In this document: positions 31,286 to 40,523 of the stretch, piece after piece
Layout of the letters: every line of letters starts with the position of its first letter
How positions within the stretch are numbered: the stretch's first letter is position 1
Source of the DNA: Promethearchaeati archaeon
GTDB lineage: Archaea; Asgardarchaeota; Heimdallarchaeia; JABLTI01
DNA: 64,000 nucleotides
Direction: 5' to 3'
Assembly (NCBI GenBank): GCA_013166835.1
Contig: JABLTI010000003.1
Location: forward strand, 1 to 64,000
Notes under the pieces: model-generated
What the model saw: only the letters and a program-made list of their open reading frames with translations
The model's database searches: none
What the model was told of the DNA's origin: nothing
Made by a program: the position numbers and the translations under genes

Positions 31286-32224
31286 CTAGCATGATTCTTC
31301 ATATTTCTGAAATTCTTCTATTGTGAATGTTCCATTTTCAAATTTCAATGCATGTTGACCACAATTACTGCCAATGTGGTTTTCCTCTAATTCTCCAATG
31401 CTTAGGAGTACATCAAATCCTTTATCTTGAATGGCTTTAATTTTCTGCTTAGCAAATTCCCCTGTTTCAGGAGAAATCATGGATTGAAGACTATGAGCTT
31501 TGGCTATTTCTGTTGGATTTATTGGAGTTATTTTAATGAAGAATTTCTTGGGATCATAGACTTCTAGGAGTCTATCTGGATCAAGTGGATTACCTTTTTC
31601 AGCAGCAAAATTCAAGGTAATCTTCCGATCACCTTTCTGCCAGAACGCTTCTCCATAAGCAGCAATTTCTTCTAATGTCCAGATTTTGTATGGAATAACT
31701 TTTTTCCGGACATCCTCTTCGGTTGAATGAATAGAAAATTGTAATTGGAAATGACCATTAGGATAAAGATCGTTTTTGATTTCTAACATCTCGTCCATGA
31801 ACTTGTTAGCATTACTCGGTGCAATTGTTGATATACAAGGCATTAATCCAGGAGCATTATATAACTCTGGGAGTTTTCTCATAACATCTAAAACATCAGG
31901 GTTGAGAGCTGGTTCACCCATTCGAGCAAATTGAATCTTAAATTTCTCAGCAGGGATTGTTCTATCAGGATAACGTTTGGAAACCATATAATCAATTTGC
32001 TTATACATAACATCGTAAGAAATTTTGCCATGATAATAGGTCCCAGCGTCGCACATAGAGCATTTGACCGGGCAACCATACATCGTTGAAAGAATCAAAA
32101 CCCACTTCATATCTCGAGGAACCGGTGGTTGAAGAGACTCAACAAATTCAATGAATTTGCCATCTTCTTGTGCAATATAGAGTATTGCTAAATCATCACG
32201 CCCATACTTTGCTACGATTTCCAA
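31286..32224 (-). CDS. Radical SAM protein, RlmN/Cfr-related but N-terminally short
   Basis: GCPVKCSMCDA, FARMGEP, QFSIHST, SNCGQ. Confidence 0.88.
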   Translation of the reverse strand: MEIVAKYGRDDLAILYIAQEDGKFIEFVESLQPPVPRDMKWVLILSTMYGCPVKCSMCDAGTYYHGKISYDVMYKQIDYMVSKRYPDRTIPAEKFKIQFARMGEPALNPDVLDVMRKLPELYNAPGLMPCISTIAPSNANKFMDEMLEIKNDLYPNGHFQLQFSIHSTEEDVRKKVIPYKIWTLEEIAAYGEAFWQKGDRKITLNFAAEKGNPLDPDRLLEVYDPKKFFIKITPINPTEIAKAHSLQSMISPETGEFAKQKIKAIQDKGFDVLLSIGELEENHIGSNCGQHALKFENGTFTIEEFQKYEESC

Positions 32225-32249
32225 ATGATAACACCTATAATTTTTTACT

Positions 32250-32320
32250 TGGAGTTTTATTCAATCCAGATAGCAAAGTCGGATTTAAGAGGGCTCCTTA
32301 CTCTTAATGAAATTGTTCCA
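32250..32320 (-). promoter_or_regulatory. Candidate structured 5' leader (3-way junction) of the radical SAM operon
   Basis: Nested pairings UGGA/UCCA, UUCA/UGAA, UUAAGAG/CUCUUAA and AUCC/GGAU; TATA-like TTTTAAAA just upstream. Confidence 0.4.
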
Positions 32321-32480
32321 CACAGGCTTTTTAAAATATTCGGAATAACTTTAACATTAGTAACTTTAATGTAAAATCTTTTGTTTTTACGGTCAAACTA
32401 GAAAAAATCTTTTAAATACGAAAAATGAGAATACAAAAGAAATAATTATAGAATAAAAGTTAATCTGCAGGAGATAACTT

Positions 32481-33371
32481 ATGTCTAAAAAAATCAAAAT
32501 TGTTACAGATTCTACAAGTGATATTTCGCCTAAAATAGCTAAAAAGCTCAATATTGATGTTGTTCCCTTAAACATCTTTTTTGGCGAAGAAAAATTCAAA
32601 GATGGCGTATCAATCTCTGCTTCTGAAGTATATCAGAGACTCCAAAATAAGAAGGGACCTTGGCCTACAACTTCTCAACCAGCAGCTCGTGATTTATTAC
32701 CTTATTATAATAAAGCATTTGAAGAAGGATATGAAACTATAATTTCTGTTCACGTGACCTCAAACATGTCTGGTACTTTGAACTCAGTGAATTTAGCCAA
32801 GCAAATGGTGCAAGATAAAGATCTAGTTATTGTGGATAGTAACACAGTAACCCATAGTTTAGGCTTAATCGTTTATGAGTTGGCAAAACATGTTGAAGCT
32901 GGTAAAAGTAAGGATAAATTACTAAATATCTTAAATAACACTCTCATTCCAAATGCCCAGATTTGTGCTGTTGTTGATACTCTCGAATATCTCCATAAAG
33001 GTGGTAGGATAGGTCGAGCTCAGAAAGTCCTTGGAACCTTATTGAATATGAAACCAATTTTACAAGTCAAAGATGGTTTTGTAGACAGCTTTGGCAAAGT
33101 AAAAGGATTCGATGAAGCTTTCGACAATTATGTGAAAATGGTTCCGAAAGTATTTGATAATTTGTTAACAGATACCGTTTGGATAGGTTATGCAGCAGAC
33201 GATGAAAATGCTAAGAGACTTTATGAAGCAATTAAGGATTTACCAAATGCTCCCAAAGAAATCGATATTTATGAAATTGGACCAACCGTTGGTGTTCATT
33301 TAGGTCCTAAATCTATGACTATGTCTTGGATTGGTAATTGGGACACAGATTGGTTCTTCGGAAAGTATTGA
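32481..33371 (+). CDS. DegV family fatty-acid-binding protein (FakB-like)
   Basis: IVTDSTSD, PTTSQP, SSNMSGT-type motif (TSNMSGT), LEYLHKGGRIG, GVHLGP. Confidence 0.93.
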   Translation: MSKKIKIVTDSTSDISPKIAKKLNIDVVPLNIFFGEEKFKDGVSISASEVYQRLQNKKGPWPTTSQPAARDLLPYYNKAFEEGYETIISVHVTSNMSGTLNSVNLAKQMVQDKDLVIVDSNTVTHSLGLIVYELAKHVEAGKSKDKLLNILNNTLIPNAQICAVVDTLEYLHKGGRIGRAQKVLGTLLNMKPILQVKDGFVDSFGKVKGFDEAFDNYVKMVPKVFDNLLTDTVWIGYAADDENAKRLYEAIKDLPNAPKEIDIYEIGPTVGVHLGPKSMTMSWIGNWDTDWFFGKY

Positions 33372-33403
33372 TATTAAATCAATTCATTTCCTTCTTTTCT
33401 TTC

Positions 33404-33901
33404 TTATTTTTCAATTAACATGTTCTGACAGACAGGACAAGTCTTATGTTTCACAAGCCATTCTTCGAGATATTTCTTTATGAAATATGAGCTGCAAAAT
33501 GGGCATTGTAAAACCTCATCATCATCCTGTATTTCCGTTTTTGAAATCATACATTTCTCATTCTGAATTGGATAATCAACTTTTGAAGCAATAATTTTCG
33601 CATCACTAGATACTATATCATCCTCTTCCTCAATCGATAATCTTTGAGATCTACTAACAGGTTGTCTGGTTCTAGTAGGGGTTGTTTGTATTCTTGGTGG
33701 ACTTCTTTTCTTTTGTTTCTTGAAGTTTGATACAAAAAGTATTGTTCCAAAAATAAAGAACAATACTCCAAAAATAATGAAAAGATAATCAAAGCTTGAG
33801 CCTTCTACAAATCCATATCTGAACAAACCAAAACCAGCAAGTCCTAGACCTAATATAATTGCAATCCAAGATAAAATACCCTGATACCTCTTAGAAGACA
33901 T
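33404..33901 (-). CDS. 2-TM membrane protein with degenerate C-terminal RING-like domain
   Basis: Two N-terminal TM helices; CMISK...CPFC..YFIKKYLEEWL....CPVC. Confidence 0.75.
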   Translation of the reverse strand: MSSKRYQGILSWIAIILGLGLAGFGLFRYGFVEGSSFDYLFIIFGVLFFIFGTILFVSNFKKQKKRSPPRIQTTPTRTRQPVSRSQRLSIEEEDDIVSSDAKIIASKVDYPIQNEKCMISKTEIQDDDEVLQCPFCSSYFIKKYLEEWLVKHKTCPVCQNMLIEK

Positions 33902-33926
33902 AAACTACTAGTGGGTAACCAAATTA

Positions 33927-34445
33927 TTAAATCTTCTTTATTTTTAGTTTTGCTTGACAAATTGGACATTTACTATTCTTGTTTAGCCACCCAAGTAGAT
34001 ATTTGCTTAGATAATAGTTTTCACAATTGGGACATTGTAAAGCGGATTCATCTTTTCCAATTAGTGTTTTAGATATCATACAAATTATATTTTCTTGTTT
34101 TTCACTAGCTAAAATATATTTAAGTTCATATTCACTAGATTTTTCCTTCTCAAATTGCGCTAAATCAATAACACTTGCTTCGTCAACCATTCTCTCGATT
34201 TCTATATCAGATAATCTCATATCTACTCGAGATCTTGCCAAGATAATCTTTTTATGATCTCTTCTATTAACAGAAAAACCAACAAGACCGACTATAAAAA
34301 AGAAAAATCCGATGCTTAATACAGTAAAAAATTCACTCAATATATCTACAATTGTGAGTAATCCGAAGCTTCCTAGTATAGCTAACACTCCTAATACCAT
34401 TAGGAAAATGAAAAGAATTCTTCTTGCTCTAAACTTCTCTTCCAT
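33927..34445 (-). CDS. 2-TM membrane protein with degenerate C-terminal RING-like domain (paralog)
   Basis: Two TM helices; CMISK...CPNC..YYLSKYLLGWL....CPIC. Confidence 0.75.
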   Translation of the reverse strand: MEEKFRARRILFIFLMVLGVLAILGSFGLLTIVDILSEFFTVLSIGFFFFIVGLVGFSVNRRDHKKIILARSRVDMRLSDIEIERMVDEASVIDLAQFEKEKSSEYELKYILASEKQENIICMISKTLIGKDESALQCPNCENYYLSKYLLGWLNKNSKCPICQAKLKIKKI

Positions 34446-34583
34446 AAAATAATATAGAAAAAGACATTATAAAATCATTCTGTAATTAATTTAGGAAATG
34501 ATTTTCTATAATATAATCATTATATACTTAATTGATAAAAATAACAATCAACAAGAGTCTATTATTATTAAGAGGGAACCATT

Positions 34584-34943
34584 GTGGACCAAGTAAGAAT
34601 CTATGATTTACGATTGAAAGATTGGAGTAGAATTAGAGAGGAATTAACAGAAGAAGTTTACGGGAAATCATTAATCCCAAAAGATTGGTCCAATGTAGCA
34701 ATTTCTCTAACAAAAGTGGAATCAAATGGAGAATTTCGAAATCACATTGATTCATACCATCATGTTTTCTATTTCATGAAAGGAACAGGAACTGGTTATA
34801 TTAACAATGAAAAATATGAAATAAAACCTGAGTTAATTGTAGAAATTCCAGCAGGCATAGATCATGGATATAAAAATACTGGAAAAGATGAGCTAATACT
34901 ATTAACAATAAATATTCCCAATAAAGAAAAAGAAAAGAAATAA
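34584..34943 (+). CDS. Cupin domain protein
   Basis: H.D..HHVFYF..G.G and IPAGIDHG.KN. Confidence 0.88.
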   Translation: MDQVRIYDLRLKDWSRIREELTEEVYGKSLIPKDWSNVAISLTKVESNGEFRNHIDSYHHVFYFMKGTGTGYINNEKYEIKPELIVEIPAGIDHGYKNTGKDELILLTINIPNKEKEKK

Positions 34944-34953
34944 TGGGCATTGA

Positions 34954-36834
34954 TTAAACATCAAAGTCCATCATTATATCTTCGGTACTATCTGCTAAAA
35001 TGTAAGTTGGTTGATTCATATCAGAAGAACTTTTTCTCACAAAGCGAACTGGTGTCTCAATCACATCTAGAAAATCTTTCTTTACAAAATCACTCAAGTC
35101 GATAGGTATACGTATTTCATTGAGATACTTCCAAATGAGATCATATGGAGCTTCTTGATATTTCTCTACTAGTCGAATGATTGGTTGAGCTATCTTTTCC
35201 AATCTTTCATCCAGATACTTCTCAATCTTCCGAATTAGAATGTTCAAAGATTCTTTGTCTTTTGTTGGATTGCGAACTGCTTCTTTGTATATCTCATTAA
35301 AGAACTCTGGATTAATTTCAAGAGCTTGTATAATTGATTCTCTTATGGGTATCTGTTTGTCAAGGATAACTTCGATGTTTGCAAGTCGTCTCATAGATGA
35401 AATAATGAAGCTAAAGCTAAAAGTTGGGTCTTCATTGACATTAAGAGCTCTTAATGCTTTGTTTAACAAGTCTCTGCAGTAAACATAGTTTGCTAATAGT
35501 ATGTTTTCTAAATCTCTGGAACCCATTTTCTGAATGTCTTCATAGATATCATATATTGTTTCATCATTTGTATAGACTACTTTACTCTTTGATAGTAGTG
35601 ATTGTGGTATGCTTCCATCAGTTACTCTTTGTACAAACTTTCTGAAATCATCTCGAGTATGGAGTTGGGCATTAATAGAGACATCTTTTTCCACCAAGAC
35701 ATGATGTCTTCTATAAACATCATCTCTTGTAATCAATATTGCACCAATATCTGATTTCTCCCAAACTTTATCGTAAGCTAAACTACCATAGACCATAATT
35801 GACAACATGTATTCATCTTGTTTTACCTTCTCCAATAAGGAGTCAAAAGCATCTTGATAGTCTTTTACGACAAGTGATCTATCAACATTTGATGGCCCGA
35901 TTTGGGAGGGAACAACATCTTTCGGATCAAAAGAATCCCAACTAAAGTGATACTGGGGCATATGATATTCAATGCGTCCTTTCTTTGTTAATTTTACAGG
36001 AGCGTAGGTTCTTCGTATGATTCTTCTTCTTTGTAAGTAATCCATATCCATGAAATACAAGCCTTTATCTTGAGCATATGTATTTAGTTCCTTTTCAGTA
36101 GCTGTACCATCATTATCAGAGATGAAGTTCAATAATAGTTCAAAATTCTTTAAGGCGTGTTCATCAAGAAACCTGTAAGCTTCTCTTATAGTATATTCTA
36201 TGATCTCTTTTGATGCTGTGCTATTCAGTAAGTTCTCATATAAGGGAGTATAAAAATCTGGATAGAGTTTCTTAGCTTGAAGAATAACTTCTCGTGGTGG
36301 AAAAATACCGTTCATATAACACATGAGATAACCCATCTCACTTAGAGCATGAACTAGAAACCACATAGCATATTCTGGCTCATCTTTTATGAAGAGGAAT
36401 TTTTCAGCTTTGTAGAGGTCGTAATGTGTTGCTCCATGATAAATTACTCTATTTATAGTTTGGTCTTGTCCACTTATTGATTCACTGATATTCTTATACA
36501 AGTCATCAATACTGTTATCTCTGCTAAACAATAGTCTACTTCGAGAAAGGCTTTGATGATAAGCAACTCTTCTTCTTCCAAAGATATTCCTTCTGAAGGC
36601 ATTAATATTATAGATTCCGATGTCAAATGGTATACCGTTTTCAACGACTCTTTTGTACCCTGTGTTTCCTTCCTTTGTTACAACCATGATATTGATGTTT
36701 GATCGTTCATGAACTCTGTTATGTGCTAGACTGCCAAAAAGTATGATTCCTAGCACTTGAGTGTCTTGTTTTGCTCTTTCGACAAAAAATTCTAGGGCTA
36801 CATCATATTTCTCTCGAACTTTAGGATCTTCCAT
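34954..36834 (-). CDS. Internally duplicated pol-beta-type nucleotidyltransferase-like protein
   Basis: Two homologous halves: FGSLAHNRVHERSNIN and YGSLAYDKVWEKSDIG; both end in PV(K/R)....S/G....P.Y. Confidence 0.75.
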   Translation of the reverse strand: MEDPKVREKYDVALEFFVERAKQDTQVLGIILFGSLAHNRVHERSNINIMVVTKEGNTGYKRVVENGIPFDIGIYNINAFRRNIFGRRRVAYHQSLSRSRLLFSRDNSIDDLYKNISESISGQDQTINRVIYHGATHYDLYKAEKFLFIKDEPEYAMWFLVHALSEMGYLMCYMNGIFPPREVILQAKKLYPDFYTPLYENLLNSTASKEIIEYTIREAYRFLDEHALKNFELLLNFISDNDGTATEKELNTYAQDKGLYFMDMDYLQRRRIIRRTYAPVKLTKKGRIEYHMPQYHFSWDSFDPKDVVPSQIGPSNVDRSLVVKDYQDAFDSLLEKVKQDEYMLSIMVYGSLAYDKVWEKSDIGAILITRDDVYRRHHVLVEKDVSINAQLHTRDDFRKFVQRVTDGSIPQSLLSKSKVVYTNDETIYDIYEDIQKMGSRDLENILLANYVYCRDLLNKALRALNVNEDPTFSFSFIISSMRRLANIEVILDKQIPIRESIIQALEINPEFFNEIYKEAVRNPTKDKESLNILIRKIEKYLDERLEKIAQPIIRLVEKYQEAPYDLIWKYLNEIRIPIDLSDFVKKDFLDVIETPVRFVRKSSSDMNQPTYILADSTEDIMMDFDV

Positions 36835-37671
36835 TTAGATCTGCTCCTCCAGTTCTTCTTCTACTCTATCAAGCCATTCATCAACTAATACATTGAATAG
36901 TAACACTTGCTCGTATTGTAAACCATGTCCTGCTTTGTCTAAAACAACAAATGAACCTCGAGGATAGTTTTCATAGAAATTCCATGCATCTTTGAAGCCA
37001 GCCCAATGATCTTGTCTACCTGTTAGTATTAAGGAAGGTTTGTCATACGGTTTCTTTAGCTTATCAATATCATATGAGAGTTTTAGTAATTCTTCTTTAG
37101 AGTACCGAGCTATGAATTCTTTGTCTCTTAATGAATGTCCTGACATAGTTTCATCCTTTATTCGATCCCAGGTATATCTATCTTGAACAACCGCAAAGGA
37201 TTGTATGAATTCAAGGTCTTCTTTCTCAAGAGTTTTAACAAACTCATCATCTATTCTCATGACATTTCTTGTAGGAAGATTATCAGGAGTTGTTCCTGGT
37301 TTCTTAGATGGACAGAAGATAAACATCCCATCAACCATATCTGGTAGATGATAAATTATAGCTCTTGCCATTGTTCCTCCGTAGGATTCACCAGCAACAA
37401 CAAACTTCTCATCACCAATGACTTCTTTGATGAAAGCTAATACAGTGTTTACCATATCATCTGTGTTCTTTACCTTCTCTGAGACCTTCGATTTGCCCAT
37501 TCCAGGCAAATCAAAATAGATTCGTTTCCAACCATGTCTTTTCTTGAAGATTGGTTCCATACATCCTTTCATCATTTGATGATCGAGTGGGAACCCATGC
37601 AGCATTAGTAGTGGTTTACCTTCACCAACTACTTCATAGTATATCTCACAATCATTAACTGTACAAAACAT
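36835..37671 (-). CDS. Alpha/beta hydrolase
   Basis: LHGFP, DLPGMGKS, GESYGG, GRQD, AGH. Confidence 0.92.
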   Translation of the reverse strand: MFCTVNDCEIYYEVVGEGKPLLMLHGFPLDHQMMKGCMEPIFKKRHGWKRIYFDLPGMGKSKVSEKVKNTDDMVNTVLAFIKEVIGDEKFVVAGESYGGTMARAIIYHLPDMVDGMFIFCPSKKPGTTPDNLPTRNVMRIDDEFVKTLEKEDLEFIQSFAVVQDRYTWDRIKDETMSGHSLRDKEFIARYSKEELLKLSYDIDKLKKPYDKPSLILTGRQDHWAGFKDAWNFYENYPRGSFVVLDKAGHGLQYEQVLLFNVLVDEWLDRVEEELEEQI

Positions 37672-37685
37672 TGTTTTTCCTCCAG

Positions 37686-40517
37686 TTAATCTGAAAGTAC
37701 TTTTTGCAAGAACTTCCCTGTGTAGGAATCCTTACACTTAACGATGTCTTGAACAGTTCCTTCTGCTATGACATACCCACCTTCAGCCCCACCTTCGGGA
37801 CCAAGGTCAATAACCCAATCTGCAGACTTGATTACATCGAGATGGTGCTCAATAACTATCACTGTGTTACCAGCATCCACAAGCTTGTTAATAGTCGTCA
37901 GTAGTTTTTGGATATCTTCCATGTGTAAACCGACAGTTGGTTCGTCCATGATGTAGAGGTTGTCTTTGAGTTTCTTCAGTTTGCCAAGTTCTTTCGCAAG
38001 TTTTACTCTCTGACTTTCACCGCCTGAAAGTGTAGGTGCTGGTTGTCCAACTTTGAGGTAACCCAAACCAAGTTCCATCATAGTTTTAGTCTTGTGATAA
38101 ATCAATCTGATATCTTTGAAGAACTCATTTGTTTCCTCTATGGTCATTTCTAGGATGTCGCCGACACTCTTGCCTTTATACTTGATTTCAAGGACTTCTT
38201 CGTTGAATCGTTTTCCTTTGCACACAGGACAAACAGATTGGATGTTTGGCATATATTGTAGCTCGATTCTTACCAATCCTTCGCCGTTACATTCTGAGCA
38301 ACGACCTTCTGCAGCATTGTAGCTGAATCTACCGAGTTTGTATCCTCGTTCAACAGATTCAGGTAAATCGGTATAGAGTCTTCTTATTTTGTCAAAGAAC
38401 CCTACAAAAGTAGCTGGAGTTGATCTTGAATGTCTACCAATTGGTGATTGATCGATAATTCTCACATCGACTACGTTTTCCATTCCATCGATTCTCTCAA
38501 GTTTTCCTGGTTTGATTCTAGGATTGCGCATATCATGAATTAATTTGTTCCCGAGAACATCTTCTATGAGTGTACTTTTTCCACTTCCGGAAACACCTGT
38601 AATACAGATAAAGATTCCCAGAGGGAATTCTACATCGATGTTCTTTAGATTGTTCTCTTGTGCACCGATTACTGTCAAAGATTTACCATTTGTTTCTCTT
38701 GCTTTACCTAAGTATGGAATCTTCTTTTTCCCTGTGATGTATTGACCGGTTAGAAACTTGGGATTGTTTAATATCTCATTATAGTTACCTTCTGCAACTA
38801 TTGTACCACCATGTATTCCTGGTCCTGGGCCAATCTCAATGATGTGATCTGCCTGAGAGATGGTTTCAAGATCATGTTCAATAACAATAACTGTGTTCCC
38901 AGTATCCCTAAGTCGTTTGAGGATGTTGATTATCTTATTACTATCTCGAATGTGGAGACCAATACTCGGTTCATCAAGAACATATAACATGCCCATTAAT
39001 TCTGAACCTAGTTGTGTTGAGAGTTTTATTCTTTGAGACTCTCCACCAGATAGTGTGCTAGCTCGTCTATTTAGTCTTAAATAGTAAAGACCTATGTCCA
39101 TTAGTAATTGTATCCGTTTCTTAAGTTCAAAAATAACTTGATTGCCAGCCTTCTCTTTTGTTTCTGGAATGTTAATATTTTCAATAAACTCTAATAGATG
39201 GTTTATGAAATACTCACCAATCTCGATGATATTTTTGCCTTCAACAGTGACATGTACTCTTTGTTTAATCAGTTTCATACCATTACAATCTGGACAAGTA
39301 TGTTCAGCCATATACTTGCGATACCACTCATATCGTTCTCCTTTCTTTCGATCATTGCGATAGAAGCGATCAAGGTAGTTAATTAACCCGAGATACTTGA
39401 CTTCTTTCCCAACATGACGATGACGATATTTATTTGGCCAATCAGGTGGTTCTAGAAGGATAAATTTCTCTTTTATCCCGAAAAGTAGCTGTTGTTGGAT
39501 ATCTTCAGGCATATCTTGCCAAGGAGTATTCTCTACATCATAATCAAGATGCTTAGCAATACTATACAACCAATACTTTGGGTACCATGTTGTAGCTCCT
39601 TTCTTCATACTCTTCTTAGGATCAATAACAACCAAGTATGGTTCTGCTTTGAGTAGTGTACCCACACCCAGACAATTTCTACAAGCGTGTTCAGGTATGT
39701 TCGGAGAGAATCCTCCCGGTAGTAGTGTGTGCATGATTATATGATGTTTCTTGCAACCAAAATTCTTGTAAAACTTCTTCTTAACATCATCAGTAATCTC
39801 TTCTGAAAATTCGAAGCGAATGATATTGTTACCAACTAGGCGTGCATTCTCAATTGATAATGCAAGTTGTCGGTAGAGTTCTCTTTTGATGATGAATCTA
39901 TCTACTAAGACTTCTATACAGTAGTCTTTGTCTTCATCTAACTCAATCTCATCATTAAGACTGTGTTGTTTTCTATCAATCTTAATTCGTTTATACCCCT
40001 TCTGTCGAATGTCATCAAACAAGTAGGGATAGTCTTCTCCATAGAACTTATTCACAGGTGCAATGATTTCTATACTTGTTCCTTCTGGCAATGTCATCAG
40101 ATGATCAACTATCTGATTAGCATTCCGAGTAGCAATAGATTCATTACAGTAAGGACAATGTGCTTGGCCTAGTACTGAGTATAAAATTCTCATGTATGTG
40201 GCTATATCAGTCATAGTTCCCACTGATGATCGTGGATTCTGTGTGCCAGTTCTTTGCTGGATAGCAACAACTGGTGATAAGCCTAAGATCGAATCTACGT
40301 CTGCACGTTCTAGCATTGGTAACATAGTTCTAGAAGTAGCTGACATTGATTCGAAAAACCTTCGCTGTGCTTCTCCAAAGATGACATCAAAAGCCAACGA
40401 AGTCTTCCCGGATCCTGATACTCCCGTAATGACGGTGAGTTGATCACGAGGAATGTCTACGTCTATATTTTTTAGATTATTTGTTCTCGCGCCTTTCACT
40501 GTAATAGTGTCTCTCAT
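37686..40517 (-). CDS. uvrA: Excinuclease ABC subunit A (divergent UvrA)
   Basis: GAR.NNLKN, two GVSGSGK Walker A, two LSGGESQR signatures, zinc-finger Cys pairs, UvrB-binding insertion present. Confidence 0.9.
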   Translation of the reverse strand: MRDTITVKGARTNNLKNIDVDIPRDQLTVITGVSGSGKTSLAFDVIFGEAQRRFFESMSATSRTMLPMLERADVDSILGLSPVVAIQQRTGTQNPRSSVGTMTDIATYMRILYSVLGQAHCPYCNESIATRNANQIVDHLMTLPEGTSIEIIAPVNKFYGEDYPYLFDDIRQKGYKRIKIDRKQHSLNDEIELDEDKDYCIEVLVDRFIIKRELYRQLALSIENARLVGNNIIRFEFSEEITDDVKKKFYKNFGCKKHHIIMHTLLPGGFSPNIPEHACRNCLGVGTLLKAEPYLVVIDPKKSMKKGATTWYPKYWLYSIAKHLDYDVENTPWQDMPEDIQQQLLFGIKEKFILLEPPDWPNKYRHRHVGKEVKYLGLINYLDRFYRNDRKKGERYEWYRKYMAEHTCPDCNGMKLIKQRVHVTVEGKNIIEIGEYFINHLLEFIENINIPETKEKAGNQVIFELKKRIQLLMDIGLYYLRLNRRASTLSGGESQRIKLSTQLGSELMGMLYVLDEPSIGLHIRDSNKIINILKRLRDTGNTVIVIEHDLETISQADHIIEIGPGPGIHGGTIVAEGNYNEILNNPKFLTGQYITGKKKIPYLGKARETNGKSLTVIGAQENNLKNIDVEFPLGIFICITGVSGSGKSTLIEDVLGNKLIHDMRNPRIKPGKLERIDGMENVVDVRIIDQSPIGRHSRSTPATFVGFFDKIRRLYTDLPESVERGYKLGRFSYNAAEGRCSECNGEGLVRIELQYMPNIQSVCPVCKGKRFNEEVLEIKYKGKSVGDILEMTIEETNEFFKDIRLIYHKTKTMMELGLGYLKVGQPAPTLSGGESQRVKLAKELGKLKKLKDNLYIMDEPTVGLHMEDIQKLLTTINKLVDAGNTVIVIEHHLDVIKSADWVIDLGPEGGAEGGYVIAEGTVQDIVKCKDSYTGKFLQKVLSD

Positions 40518-40523
40518 ACTATG

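Noticed and set aside
31286-32224. Calling this gene rlmN
   Set aside because: The resolving cysteine and N-terminal domain are missing, and the gene context is metabolic
32260-32311. Purine riboswitch resemblance on the plus strand
   Set aside because: Ligand-binding junction nucleotides (UA, UUUCUAC) are absent; kept only as an unknown structured leader
34954-36834. MNT-HEPN toxin-antitoxin or cGAS-like cyclase
   Set aside because: Catalytic aspartates are degenerate, I see no clear RxxxxH RNase motif, and there are no CBASS-type neighbours
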